From contig NC_068983.1 of assembly GCF_001194135.2 (NCBI RefSeq), positions 16,280,340 to 16,330,046 on the forward strand: a stretch of DNA of 49,707 nucleotides. Direction: 5' to 3'. This stretch comes from Octopus bimaculoides (Eukaryota). The notes below the pieces were generated by a model. That model had not been told where the DNA came from. It worked only from the letters and a program-made list of their open reading frames with translations, and did not search any database. The first letter of the stretch is position 1, and each line of letters opens with the position of its first letter. Shown here piece after piece: positions 36,451-48,010 of this stretch. A program made the position numbers and the translations under genes.

Positions 36451-36496
36451 AGTGAAGACAATCTAACAATATAGGAAGTAACTTGTGTTGTGTAGT

Positions 36497-36880
36497 TGTT
36501 GTTGGCACTCCGTCGCTTACGACGTCGAGGGTTCCAGTTGATCCGATCAACGGAACAGCTTGCTCATGAAATTAACGTGCAATTGGTTGAGCACTCCACA
36601 GACACGTGTACCCTTAACGTAGTTCTTGGGGATATTCAGCGTGACACAGTGTGACAAGGCTGGCCCTTTGAATTACAGGCGCAACAGAAACAGGAAGTAA
36701 GAGTGAGAGAAAGTTGTGGTGAAAGAGTACAACAGGGTTCGCCACCACCCCCTGCCGGAGCCGCGTGGAGCTTTAGGTGTCTTCGCTCAATAAACACTCA
36801 CAACGCCCGGTCTGGAAATTGAAACCGCGATACTATGACCACGAATCCGCTGCCCTAATCACTGGGCCATTGCGCCTCCA
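36497..36880 (-). mobile_element. Full-length young SINE of the same family
   Basis: Near-identical to 32678-33059; TSD GTGTTGTGTAGT / GTGTTCTGTAGT (11 of 12 match). Confidence 0.9.
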
Positions 36881-36961
36881 GTGTTCTGTAGTATGCATAA
36901 CAAAAAAATACTTGAGCAAGGAAACAAGATAAAAATATGAAGTATGTGAGAGGGAGAGCAG

Positions 36962-36993
<32 letters not shown>

Positions 36994-38239
36994 CAGGGGG
37001 GAGAGAAAGATAGAAAAGAAGGCAAGAGGGAGATAGAGAGATAGACAGAGAGAAAACAACCAGGAAGAAGCAGTTGTATGGTTGCATTGAGAAAGTTGTG
37101 AACTTATATAGTAAACAATCAGTGTCAGGTCTGTTAAACAGAAATAATAGCTTTATTTATATTGTATTTACATTTATGTACGTTCAGTACATCAGTTCTA
37201 ATGTTAGCGAAATTCATGGCTTTAACCCACTTCAGTTACTTCCCTTAGCTTTTTTTATTTTATTTCTTTTATTATTTACATTGTATACAAATAAGGATAA
37301 GAGGTTGATGGAGTCTTGTTGAAGAAGTAAAGGGTAGATTCAGGTGTTACTACAGAAAATAGGGTGGAAGTCAGGGGTAGATTCAGTGTTACTACAGAAA
37401 GTATTTACACACACAAGCACATAGACCAGCGTTTCCCAGCCAATGATTCTTTGGAACACTAAGATTCCGCATAAGGTCTCTAGAAGTTCTACAAAAAGTT
37501 GCTAAAGTTTCACATGAAACAGCAATCATTATCCTCATCATCATTTAATTTCCATTTTCCAAGCTGGCATGGTTTCTATAGCTGGATGCCCTTCCTAATG
37601 CCAACTACTTTACAGAGTGTACCAGATGCTTTTTACATGGCACCAACAAGGTCACCAAATTACAGACAAGACCAGATCTCCTCAACTAAGGGTGGAGTAG
37701 TACTGAGGTAGGTAGCTTATATAAGCTAATGATATTCATACACACACACACACACATTTAGTGCTAAGAGTCAGAAAAAAGAGTACTCAATACCATAGCA
37801 GAGCAGTAGAGATTAATAATATTTTTTATTTAGGTTGAGTCAGTTTCTTGCTACTCTGTAGACATAAAGGATCTCCAAGCAAGTTAAGACTAACCCAACC
37901 AAAATAAATATATGTGTGTGTGTATATATACATACATATATATATTCACACACACACACAAAGATACATAGAGAGAAAGAGAGAGGGGGATGGGCTAATT
38001 ATATGCAAATTCATTTTAAATGTGTTTAATCCTATAGTCATAATTTTATGTGTAGAATATTCCATAGGGTAGCAAGGAGACCCCAGAAGAAAATGAAGTC
38101 CTAATAGAGAATTGTAAGAGAATTTAGCTTAAACAAGATCTCAGGTTAAGATGAAATTCCTTACACCTTTTTGTGACATCTTAGGTACTTGGCACTGTCA
38201 AACCATTCAAAGACAGTTTTACGATTTGTTTAATTTGTT

Positions 38240-38817
38240 ATGATAAAATGTCAGATCAAATGATTTTGGGGAATAATTGGTTTTTACCATAAGTTCGTGC
38301 AAAATTTTTCTACAATTGCGGAACTGTTGACAAATTTGTTGAAAAGACCCAAACCATGAAGTGGTCCTCAGAGTGTGAAACAGCTTTTGAGAAACTTAAG
38401 TTGGTTTTACAAAATTCCCTGGTTTTAAAAGCGCCTGATTTTGAGAAACCATTCTCATTGATGACTGATGCATCCAATGTAGGTACTGGCACGGTTTCAT
38501 TACAAGCATGCCAATCTGGAGTAGATTGTCCAGTGGCATACTTTTCTAGGAAGTTTAATTCTTGTCAGAAGAATTATTCTACTGTTGGGAAAGAGTGTTT
38601 AGCTCTTGTGTGGGCAGTTCAGCACTTTCAAATCTATATAGGTTTAAATCCCACCACTGTCTACACAGATCACAATCCCTTAGTTTTCATTAATAAGGTG
38701 AAAGGTACTAATCAGAGGATTCTGAGGTGGAGCTTGTACCTGCAACAGTTTAGTTTGAATATTTGTCATATTGCAGAAAATGATAATTTACTTGCAGATG
38801 CACTATCCAGGTGTTAG
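38240..38817 (+). pseudogene. pol: Ty3/gypsy pol fragment: RT thumb/connection plus RNase H-like domain, ending in a stop directly after RNase H
   Basis: QIK*FWGIIGFYHKFVQNFSTIAELLTNLLK (38252-38344), a 1-nt frameshift, then ORF 38356-38817 with KWSSECETAFEKLK, PDFEKPFSLMTDASNVG, PVAYFSRKF, NYSTVGKECLALVWAV, VYTDHNPL, RWSLYLQ and ADALSRC*. Confidence 0.95.
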
Positions 38818-38928
38818 CACTTACCATGTATATATTTTATGTACAAGTACATATTTGACTTCTGTATTTTCTGGATGATATTGTATCTTTCTGAAAATTG
38901 TTTATTGTGTATAAGAATTTTCCCTTTT

Positions 38929-40088
38929 AAGAGGAAAGGAATGTTAGGAAATTATAAATTATAATGTTGTTAGACAGGTAAACAGACAGTTTTTCATGCT
39001 GCAGTGTAAGGTCAGGATGAAGTCCATTGTCAAAATGGGGGAAGCTAGGTGTTACTAGCCAAAACTGTGAAACTATAACAAATTTGCTAGACCTTGGCAA
39101 ACCTTTATAAGCAGAGATAATTGTACACCCCAGTTTTTTGTGACAGTTTTTTCTGTGAAACAAAGTTGTTCAATTGGATTCTGGAAGCTATGATTACCTG
39201 TTTAGTTTATGCACTTTGTGCTTTGTGTTAGGCATTTATGGATTTATTTTATGCTCCAGGAATTCGCCAGAACTTTTGTCAGATTTAAAACAATTTCTGT
39301 GTCACATCTGAATGAGTACAAAAAAATCTCTCAAGTTATGTTATAATATTTATGTGAATTTCGAACCCTGCATTTGTGGCAGGTTGTGTAGTAATTTTGC
39401 TAGCTATTTTCTGTTAAGATAAATGTTAACATTTATATAAATAGCTAATGGGTGTATGGATTAATTTTTCATGTAGCCAAATTTTTGTATTAGACAACTA
39501 ACTGTAAATTTTGTCTAATGGTTACTCAGCATGCTTGTATGAAGCAGTTTTGTATGAATTTAAAGCAAACTAGTTTTTTGTTTGACTATCTAATTTTTTA
39601 ACTATAGTTATTGGTGTAATCCGGCAGCTGTTTTGTGTCATGAACTTTTAGTTTAAATAGTTGCTTTGACATTAGATTTATCTATGTTTAGATCCAAGGT
39701 TCGACATCCAAGGTTCAAAAACCGAATTTGTACTAAAATGGAAATCCAGATTTTATGAAATCCAAATTTTTGGAATGCACATTTTTGAAAAACCAAATTT
39801 GTGAGGCCAGGTTTTGCGTGAGGCCAATTTTGGTGAAACCAAAAATTGAGATTCAGAGCCCGAATTTCTGAACTGTATATATATTTACCTTTGTAAATAT
39901 TTTGACTGCACATCTGGTGTGGCATTTGCTTTTTGTTTGTGTATATATTTGTTTTGCATGTAAGCTGTTTTTCCATGCTGACAATTGTTAATAATATTTT
40001 ACAAAAAATTTCATCGTGTGTTGTTGTTTTGGGTTCGCCCCATCCTCGTTGATTCTGTAAATTCAGGTTATGGTCACCAGGTTGTAAT
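38929..40088 (+). mobile_element. Polypurine tract (38929-38941) and probable 3' LTR starting TGTTAGG at 38942
   Basis: AAGAGGAAAGGAA is immediately followed by TG, about 110 nt after the pol stop. The right boundary is guessed at ...GGTTGTAATA (possible decayed TAACA) near 40088 and is uncertain. Confidence 0.6.
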
Positions 40089-40688
40089 AAATTGATTTAA
40101 CTTTATGAAAGAAAAAGAAAAGGAATTATAAAGATATAGTTGTTATGTAAATGTTCCCTGAGATATGGAGTATATTTCAAGGGATTCCCAAGGGTAAAGC
40201 AGACACTAACATAAATAGTATTCTTTCTATATCATTTTGTAGGCATTGAATGTACACGCGGACACCAAAGGAAGAGAGAGAGAGAGAGAGAGAGAATGAC
40301 TAAGAAAGGTTGTACATAAGTGCATGTGTTTGTTTACTCATGCATCTCTTTAGCCTATGATGTTTGAACACATCAGTGAATTAGGCAACAACTACAAAAA
40401 GACAGCAGAATATCATACACAATACCACAGACATGTTTCTCACAATGGGACAGATAAACTATGCAGTTTCAGCTTTTAGGAACGAGAAGCTCTTCTATCA
40501 TGGTCAGTGACCTTCTAAGAGTCTATTTGGTATTTTCAAACAGAATTAAGAACAATAATCTAAAACCTAGTCTAATAAAGAAACAGAGTATGAAGAAGTT
40601 TCTGAACATTCAGCCATGGATTTTAAGCATCAAAAACATCAACATAAAACAAGAACAAAGTACAAGACAGAAAGATGATATCTAGTGG

Positions 40689-40724
<36 letters not shown>

Positions 40725-41164
40725 CATATCATCGTTTTAACATCTACTATTTCATGCTCACATGGGTAAGACAGAATTTATCAAGGCAGATTTTTTTTAT
40801 AGTTAGATACCCTCCCTGACACCACCCTCACCTGTTTCCAAATAAGGTAATATTTCTCCCATGATCAGACATGTCATCATGGAAGAGTGGATATGAAGGA
40901 CAATGCTTGAATGATGTTGACACTCATTTACAACTATCACACAAAGCCAAGGCAACAAGACAGCAATGCCCCCCCACACACATACACACACACCAGTACC
41001 TTGTGAGTGAATATGATAGATGGATACTGTGTGAAAGCCATCATAAGTGTATACATATATGCATCTGTATTTGCCTTTCACCACTTGACAATCAGTATTG
41101 GTTTCTTTACATTCCTACAACACAGCAGAATGGCAAAAAGAATCCGATAGAATAAGTATCAGGC

Positions 41165-41398
41165 TTAACTCCTTAGCATTTAAACAGGCCATATCCAGCC
41201 AAAATACTCATATCTGTTTTATGTTCAACCTGGCCAAATCTGACCCCTCACACCTACTCTACAATGGCATTCTAAAATAAACCACCACATCATCAAAATC
41301 TTGATGATATGAGGTTAATTCATGATTAATTCAAGTCAAAACAATGTGAATAAATAAGCATTACATTTGACAGAGTATTCTAAATACTAAAGGGTTAG
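41165..41398. mobile_element. MITE family 1 copy inserted in a SINE tail
   Basis: TTAACTCCTTAGCATT...TACTAAAGGGTTAG; the flanks rejoin as the tail seen intact near 42430-42470. Confidence 0.8.
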
Positions 41399-41678
41399 AA
41401 TGAGTACTGGGGTTGACTTGATTGATTAAAAAAGGTAGAACTCCAGTATGGTCACAAACAAATGACTGAGAAAAGTAAACAAATAAAGGATCACAAAAGC
41501 TTGCAGGAACAGTTAAAAGTAGTGAGTCAATGATTAACCCATTGTAAACCTGTAACGAATAACTTCATTGTTCACAAGTGCATGACATAAATATATAGAA
41601 AAAACAACAACTTTTTTTTTATGTGATGTTAGCAATTTCACATCAAAAGTAATTCCTGATGTTTTATTGTTATCATCA

Positions 41679-41862
41679 GAGAGATCAATACATTGGTATG
41701 GATAACTAACATGAATGGATGATGCAAGCTGACTTCAGAAGAAATAAACTGAAGAAGACTTGTGAAGTATTTACATCACATCTGAGAGCATTGAGTCTTA
41801 CAGACCAGATGAAATAGGATCAAGACATATAAAGAGATGTATTGGTACAGGTACATCAATTG
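41679..41862 (+). mobile_element. Heavily decayed RTE-like LINE C-terminal remnant
   Basis: RSIHWYG*LT*MDDAS...KKTCEVFTSHLRALSLTDQMK*DQDI*RDVL resembles RLRWYGHVxRM...KTWxEVxxxDL...DRxxWR. Confidence 0.55.
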
Positions 41863-42175
41863 CATATGAGAATTTGAAAAAACAAAAAAAATGACAAGAA
41901 GGGGGAGAATAAAGATGACAATATGTGTTTACAATATAATTCTAGTATATTTTAACATCACAAGAAGTGTTGAAAGTTATCTGTCGATATGTCAATACTA
42001 ATCAAAAGCAAACGTATTGGGTTCTCACATTTCTTCAGATCCTTTGTCTCAGAAAATCATTTAAGTATTTCTTATCCTGAAATGAAATCTAACTAAATTT
42101 TATCTCAATGGTCAAAGGTTATAGTTAACTTGGGATGACACCACAAAACAGTTTGGACTTTCCATTAACTGAACA

Positions 42176-42545
42176 TGTGTTGTTGAGAAACTTGCTTCCC
42201 AACCATGTGACCTTGAGTTCAATCCCACAGCATAGCACTTTGGGCAAGTGTCTTCTACTACAGTGTTGGGTTGACCAAAGTGTTGTGAGTGGATTCGATA
42301 GATGGAAACTGACAAGAAGCCCATGATATGTGTGTGCTTATCCCATGGTATGTGTGTGCCTACGACTTGACAACCAGTGCTGGTTTGTTTACATCCCTGT
42401 AACTTAGTGGTTCAGCAAAAGAGACCAGTAGAATAAGTACCAGGCTTTAAAAATAAGTACTAGGGGTCGATTTGTTTAACTTAATCCTTCAAAGTGATGC
42501 TTCAGCATGGCCACAGTCCAATGACTGAAACAATTAAAAGATATA
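42176..42545 (+). mobile_element. Family A SINE with the same tail type as 28852-29264
   Basis: CTTGCTTCCCAACCATGTG...GCACTTTGGGCAAGTGTCTTCTACTA...GACAACCAGTGCTGG...GACTGAAACAATTAAAAG. Confidence 0.8.
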
Positions 42546-43301
42546 ATACATATCTAGATAAGTTCAAATATGATAGACATAATTTCTGAGATAGCCTAAC
42601 CACTGATTAGATATATTTTGTTTTTATAATTTAGTTTGGGGAGGGGAGGAGTGCACGGCCTGTTTAGGACTTCACAAATTCTTAAGACTGATGACCAACT
42701 TTTTTTTTTGTTCTTTTTCTTTGTCGTTTAGACAGAAAAGCAATGCCCATGACCTTTTATTTTTCCAGATTCTACGAGACAAGAAAGAGGAAGGAATGAA
42801 ATTATCCTGAAGCCAGAGACCCAGCTTTATTGCTTGCAACACAGGACCAGGTGATGATGCTAAGTCAGACAGTGGGCTAAGTTCCCTGCCTCAGAACTCT
42901 TTTCCTGAACCACTAGGTTATGGAGACGTGAACACCCGGGTTCAGTCACACTGTAAGGCACCTTGGGCAAGTGTCTTCTACAGCTGGATGCCCTTCCTAA
43001 TGCCAACCACTCTGAGTGTATAGTGGGTGCTTTTACGTGCCACCGGCACTAGGGCCGGTCTGGTGGTACTGACAACAGTCATGCTCAAATGGTGTTTTTT
43101 ACATGCCACCAGCATAAGTCCCAGTAAGGTGACGCTGGTAACGATCACGCTCAAATGGTGCTTTTTAAATGCCACCAGCATGGAAGCCAGACAGCTGCTC
43201 TGGCAGTGATCCTGCTCGGATATATATATACATGGTCTGATGAACAATATCCAGACCATGGGCATAGTAAAGCTACTTGGCATGGATTGACCTTGAACTG
43301 T

Positions 43302-44255
43302 GGTCATCATCATCATCATCATCGTTTAACGTCCGCCTTCCATGCTAGCATGGGTTGGACAATTTGACTGAGGACTGGTGAAACCGGATGGCAACACCAG
43401 GCTCCAATCTAATTTGGCAGAGTTTCTACAGCTGGATGCCCTTCCTAACGCCAACCACTCAGAGAGTGTAGTGGGTGCTTTTACGTGTCACCCGCACGAA
43501 AACGGCCATGCTCGAAATGGTGACTTTTATGTGCCACCCGCACAAGAGCCAGTCCAGGGGCACTGGCAACGATCTCGCTCGAAAAACCTCATGTGTCACC
43601 CGCACAAGAGCCAGCCCAGGGGCACCGGCAACGATCCCGCTCGGAAGATTTCATGTGGTGTGCATGTATACTAAGATTTAATGTTCTAGCTCACTTCTGT
43701 TGAGTAGAGAATCTGCATCAAATTTTGCCAACAGTTTGGCATGAGCAGCCTATGNNNNNNNNNNNNNNNNNNNNNNNNNNNNNNNNNNNNNNNNNNNNNN
43801 NNGGTCATCATCATCATCATCATCGTTTAACGTCCGCCTTCCATGCTAGCATGGGTTGGACAATTTGACTGAGGACTGGTGAAACCGGATGGCAACACCA
43901 GGCTCCAATCTAATTTGGCAGAGTTTCTACAGCTGGATGCCCTTCCTAACGCCAACCACTCAGAGAGTGTAGTGGGTGCTTTTACGTGTCACCCGCACGA
44001 AAACGGCCATGCTCGAAATGGTGACTTTTATGTGCCACCCGCACAAGAGCCAGTCCAGGGGCACTGGCAACGATCTCGCTCGAAAAACCTCATGTGTCAC
44101 CCGCACAAGAGCCAGCCCAGGGGCACCGGCAACGATCCCGCTCGGAAGATTTCATGTGGTGTGCATGTATACTAAGATTTAATGTTCTAGCTCACTTCTG
44201 TTGAGTAGAGAATCTGCATCAAATTTTGCCAACAGTTTGGCATGAGCAGCCTATG
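43302..44255. other. 453-bp tandem duplication on either side of a 48-N gap (probable assembly artefact)
   Basis: 43302-43754 and 43803-44255 look identical (offset 501; identical ORF translations) and both end or start exactly at the gap. Confidence 0.85.
43305..43653 (-). mobile_element. 5'-truncated young copy of the (GAT)n-tailed module with a 6-bp TSD
   Basis: Flanked by TGTGGT at 43299-43304 and 43654-43659; inserted in the left arm of the mariner derivative. Confidence 0.85.
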
Positions 44256-44261
44256 CAAAGT

Positions 44262-44688
44262 TTTCAAAAAGTTTTCATCACTCTCAACACAATCAAAGAG
44301 GTCTTGGGAAACTGAAACCCGAGTGTCTTTTTGGTCAGCTGGAAGCAGTTTTGGCACAAACTTGGCAGACACGCGTCTCATATCCAAACCTTCAATGATA
44401 ATGGACTGAACTGAACCATAACTAAACTGGACATCCTCTGATAACACATGGATGGTGATTGGATGAGTACCCCTCACAGCTGCACACACACATCTGCGAT
44501 GTTTTTCTCAGTTCCGTTGGTTGCAGGTCTCCCAGAACGTTTGGCAATATTGACATTTTTTTGGCTATTTTGGAAACGTCTAAGTCACTCGTACACTTGT
44601 GTGCAGCTCACACACCCCACACCATATACTTTCTGCAACTTTGTGTAGGCCTCTGAGCAGGTATCACAATGAAAACATTCTCTGTCAT
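44262..44688 (-). pseudogene. Mariner transposase N-terminal half (HTH region to the VPKLL/WVP-equivalent linker), decayed
   Basis: Reads DTCSEAYTKLQKVYG...QVYE*LRRF...RSGRPAT...ITIHVLSEDVQFSYGSVQSIIIEGLDMRRVSAKFVPKLL...RVSVSQDLFDCVESDENFLKT and breaks just before the first catalytic Asp (TGDE). Confidence 0.9.
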
Positions 44689-44885
44689 GGTCAATGCAAC
44701 GATCACATGCTACACACCTTCCTTCCAAGTACTGCTGTAAACAGCAGAAGTGACCTCGAATGTTGAAACTTAGTGCGTATGCACAGCAAAGTTCACGGTC
44801 AATCTTTGCCAAGTGGCTTCACTTTGCTTGCTTTAGCTTTGTTACTATGGCAGCAGTCCGGATACTTATTGATCAGACCGTGTAT

Positions 44886-44916
<31 letters not shown>

Positions 44917-44927
44917 AAAAGGGTAAT

Positions 44928-45130
44928 GACTCCATTTGGTCATGAATGACCATGGGATTGCACCTAGGGAAAAGCAAAGGCTAATACAGCTTGGCACCAG
45001 TGACATCACTGAGTGAACTGAGGCAACATAAAGTGTCTTGCTCAAGAACATAACACACAACCTGGTCTGGGAATCAAACTCACTATCTCATGATCATAAG
45101 CCTGATACTCTAACCATTAAGCCATGCACC
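44928..45130 (-). mobile_element. Internally deleted copy of the family at 15745-16072
   Basis: Shares the head, the centre and the tail start. Confidence 0.65.
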
Positions 45131-45841
45131 CGGATATACATATTTGCAAGTACATTCATGCTCAGTCATCAGTAGAGAAAGAGTCAATTGGAAAGTGGCA
45201 AAGGGTCTTTTGCTGAAGTTTATATAGTACTACGCCTCTGTGCATGCATGTGTTTGCTCATGTGCATGTGTGTAAGATCAGTAGATTCAAGAGGAAAGTA
45301 TTTGGAATATTATACAGATATTCACTGTCTTACTGATTGATTGATTAACTGTGAATGATGCAAGTCAGTTTTTTTCAGTAGAGGCTCCACCCAGTCTAAG
45401 TATGCATTTTATGGTATGTCTACTGTCTGCATTTATGTATGTATGCATGTGGGGGTGTGTGTGAGAGAGAGAGAGAGAGATACTTCATGACAAAACAATA
45501 AGGGGAAATAGAAAAAGCCATACAGTAATAAACAAAAAAAAAAAAAAGGTAGAGTCTGGTTATTTGTATGAAACTAATAATAATGTCAATCTTTGCAGAA
45601 TGCAAACTGATTTGATTGCTGTCAGAATAAGGTCAAGACACAGAAAAGACCTGAAGTTTCCTTCAATCTGTTTATAATAGATTGTTTACACACTTCAGTA
45701 AAAATGTTTATCCCACTCTTAGACATACACACAAACAACATTCACAAACTAGCATACAAATACAATTTCAGTAATTCATACATACAAGACTTCATTTAAA
45801 TACTAAGCATAAAAAAGCATATGCAAAAACACATACTTGAT

Positions 45842-45875
<34 letters not shown>

Positions 45876-46415
45876 ATGGATGAGTGTATTTTATTCAGAA
45901 GCTACTGCTTTTTTCAGATTAGCTATTAACTTGCTTCATATTCACAGTGCCCTAATCCAATACACCATGGCAAGGGAGCCAATATATCTGTAACTTGCTA
46001 TATATACATATATATATATATATACATATATATATCTGTCAGAAGCTCTACATTGGGTTCAAGAGATGGGCCACACAACATGTCAGTGGGTCCCAAACCT
46101 TTACTAAAAAGCTTTTCCCACACATGCATGCACATACGTGCACACACATACATACAAACTTTTTTTTCAAAGAAAATTTAATGTACTGGTGGGTCACTGA
46201 ACAGTTGATAGCTTTTAGATAATCTTTGTGCCATGATCTAATTTTCACTTATATAAAGATTCCTGGCTTTCACCCCGACATAGGAATGAAACATTCAATA
46301 TGTACATGCACAACTGTGTGGTTCAGTCTCTCTAAGTGGTATCTTGGGCAAATGTCTTCTCCTATAGCTCTCGGTTGACACATAGGGCAAAGTCATTTCA
46401 AAGTTCCCCTGTATG

Positions 46416-46478
<63 letters not shown>

Positions 46479-46574
46479 TCTTCCTAAGTGTCAAAGTAAT
46501 ACACCGTCTTGTTGTTTCTTTACCTGTCTTTTGTTTCCTGTAATTTCGAACTATATATATATATATATATATAT

Positions 46575-46830
46575 GGGAGAATTTACGAAAAAAACAACAA
46601 CAGACGAGGACAGGTGGTGTAAGCAACAAAAGAATGTATTAATTTAACGCTCAGGAATAGAGAAAGTCTTTAACGTTTCGAGCTATGCTCTTCAACAGAA
46701 AGAATAAGGAGAAAACAAGGAGAAAAACACAGAAAAAAAAAAATTGGGAGAAAAAAAACAACGGAGAAAAAAAAAACGGGAGAAAAAAAATTTGAATGTT
46801 GTGGTCAGCGATCTATCATGGCATATATAT
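46575..46830 (-). mobile_element. Penelope-like element terminal (pLTR-like) sequence
   Basis: Contains the hammerhead-like motif CTGTTGAAGAGCATAGCTCGAAACGTT, which I associate with PLE terminal repeats from general knowledge. It ends in a (TA)n tract and is homologous to 14720-14930. Confidence 0.6.
46667..46703 (-). ncRNA. Minimal type-I hammerhead-ribozyme-like motif (variant core)
   Basis: Minus strand TCTTT-CTGTTGA-A-GAGC-ATA-GCTC-GAA-ACGTT-AAAGA: stem I TCTTT/AAAGA, stem II GAGC/GCTC, palindromic AACGTT in place of stem III. Core has U instead of A6. Confidence 0.55.
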
Positions 46831-47318
46831 ATATATGCAAAGCACTCATGACAGTGCCATGCAAAAGTGCCCATGCCTGTGTGGTGCAACGTAAAAGCAC
46901 CTACACACATACAGTGCCACATAAAAGTGCTCATGGGGAAACATGCGAAAGGGCTGTGCGGTGCTACATAAGAGTACCCATGCAGCAACACACAAAAGCG
47001 CCTGTGCAGCAACATGTAAAAGCACCCATGCAGTGTCACATAAAAGCATCCAGCACACACTGTAAAGTAGTTTATGTTAGGAAGAGCATCCGGCCATAGA
47101 AACCATGCCAAATCTTCTTACCACACAGCCACGCCTGTGCGTAAAAATACATATACACACACACACACATGCAAGGCTTCTTTCATTTTTTTTGTGTAAT
47201 GGATTCATTCACAAGGCTTCAGTCAGCCCCAAGCTATGGTGCTGTTCAGCAGGACTGAACTCAAAGTGACATGGTTGGGAAGCAAACTTTTTAACCACAC
47301 AGCCACACCACCACCTTA

Positions 47319-47390
<72 letters not shown>

Positions 47391-47928
47391 ATGTGGTAAT
47401 GTTTCAACAAGAAAAGTATTCGATCAGCTAAGAGGGTGAAGATAATGTTATAATAAAAGAAAAAGCACAAATCTTGTTAAATACAGCTGCCCAAGATTTC
47501 CTGGTTGAAATGATAATCTATTTTGCTGTTTATCAAGCTGAGAACAAGACATACATGCATACATACATATTTAAACAGACAGACAGATACTTTCCTATTA
47601 TTTAATTGGCAGAAATTACAAAAGTGATTTGAAGATTTCATGCATGGCATGTGTGTGTGCATGACTGAGTGTACATTCCATCTCATTGTCACGTGTTCTG
47701 ATTGGAAGCAAAAGCCTCACCATTCATACAAATGGCATTGCTTGCAATCCCTCCATGAAACCATGTCTCGATTGTTTCTTCTTCAATAGATGGGGACAAA
47801 TCATTAGCTTGCTTGGAAACAGAGGAGACTGGAATCAGCATGAGTATCCAGTCATAAAAATTTCTGCCTCAACAAAGTCTCGTCTTACCCATGCAAGCAT
47901 GGGAAGTGGACGTTTAATGATAATGATA

Positions 47929-48010
<82 letters not shown>

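Larger units (their letters stand above)
43231..44882. mobile_element. Mariner-derived element with two inward-facing 5' ends (fold-back derivative), interrupted by a retroposon tail and an assembly duplication
   Basis: Left TA|CATGGTCTGATGAACAATATCCAGAC and right (reverse complement) TA|CACGGTCTGATCAATAAGTATCCGGAC. Arm homology continues through the 5' UTR into the start of the transposase. Confidence 0.8.

Noticed and set aside
37331-37400. About 27-bp direct repeat GGGTAGATTCAG(G)TGTTACTACAGAAA
   Set aside because: Local duplication with no element features between the copies.
42769-42850. 82-bp plus-strand segment with AG/GT boundaries and one open frame
   Set aside because: Unrecognised peptide, opposite strand to the better candidates, and abutting repeat debris.
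43378-44182. Repeated ORFs MKPDGNTRLQS... (also 28294-28629)
   Set aside because: Antisense read-through of a retroposon tail; the second copy is probably an assembly duplicate.
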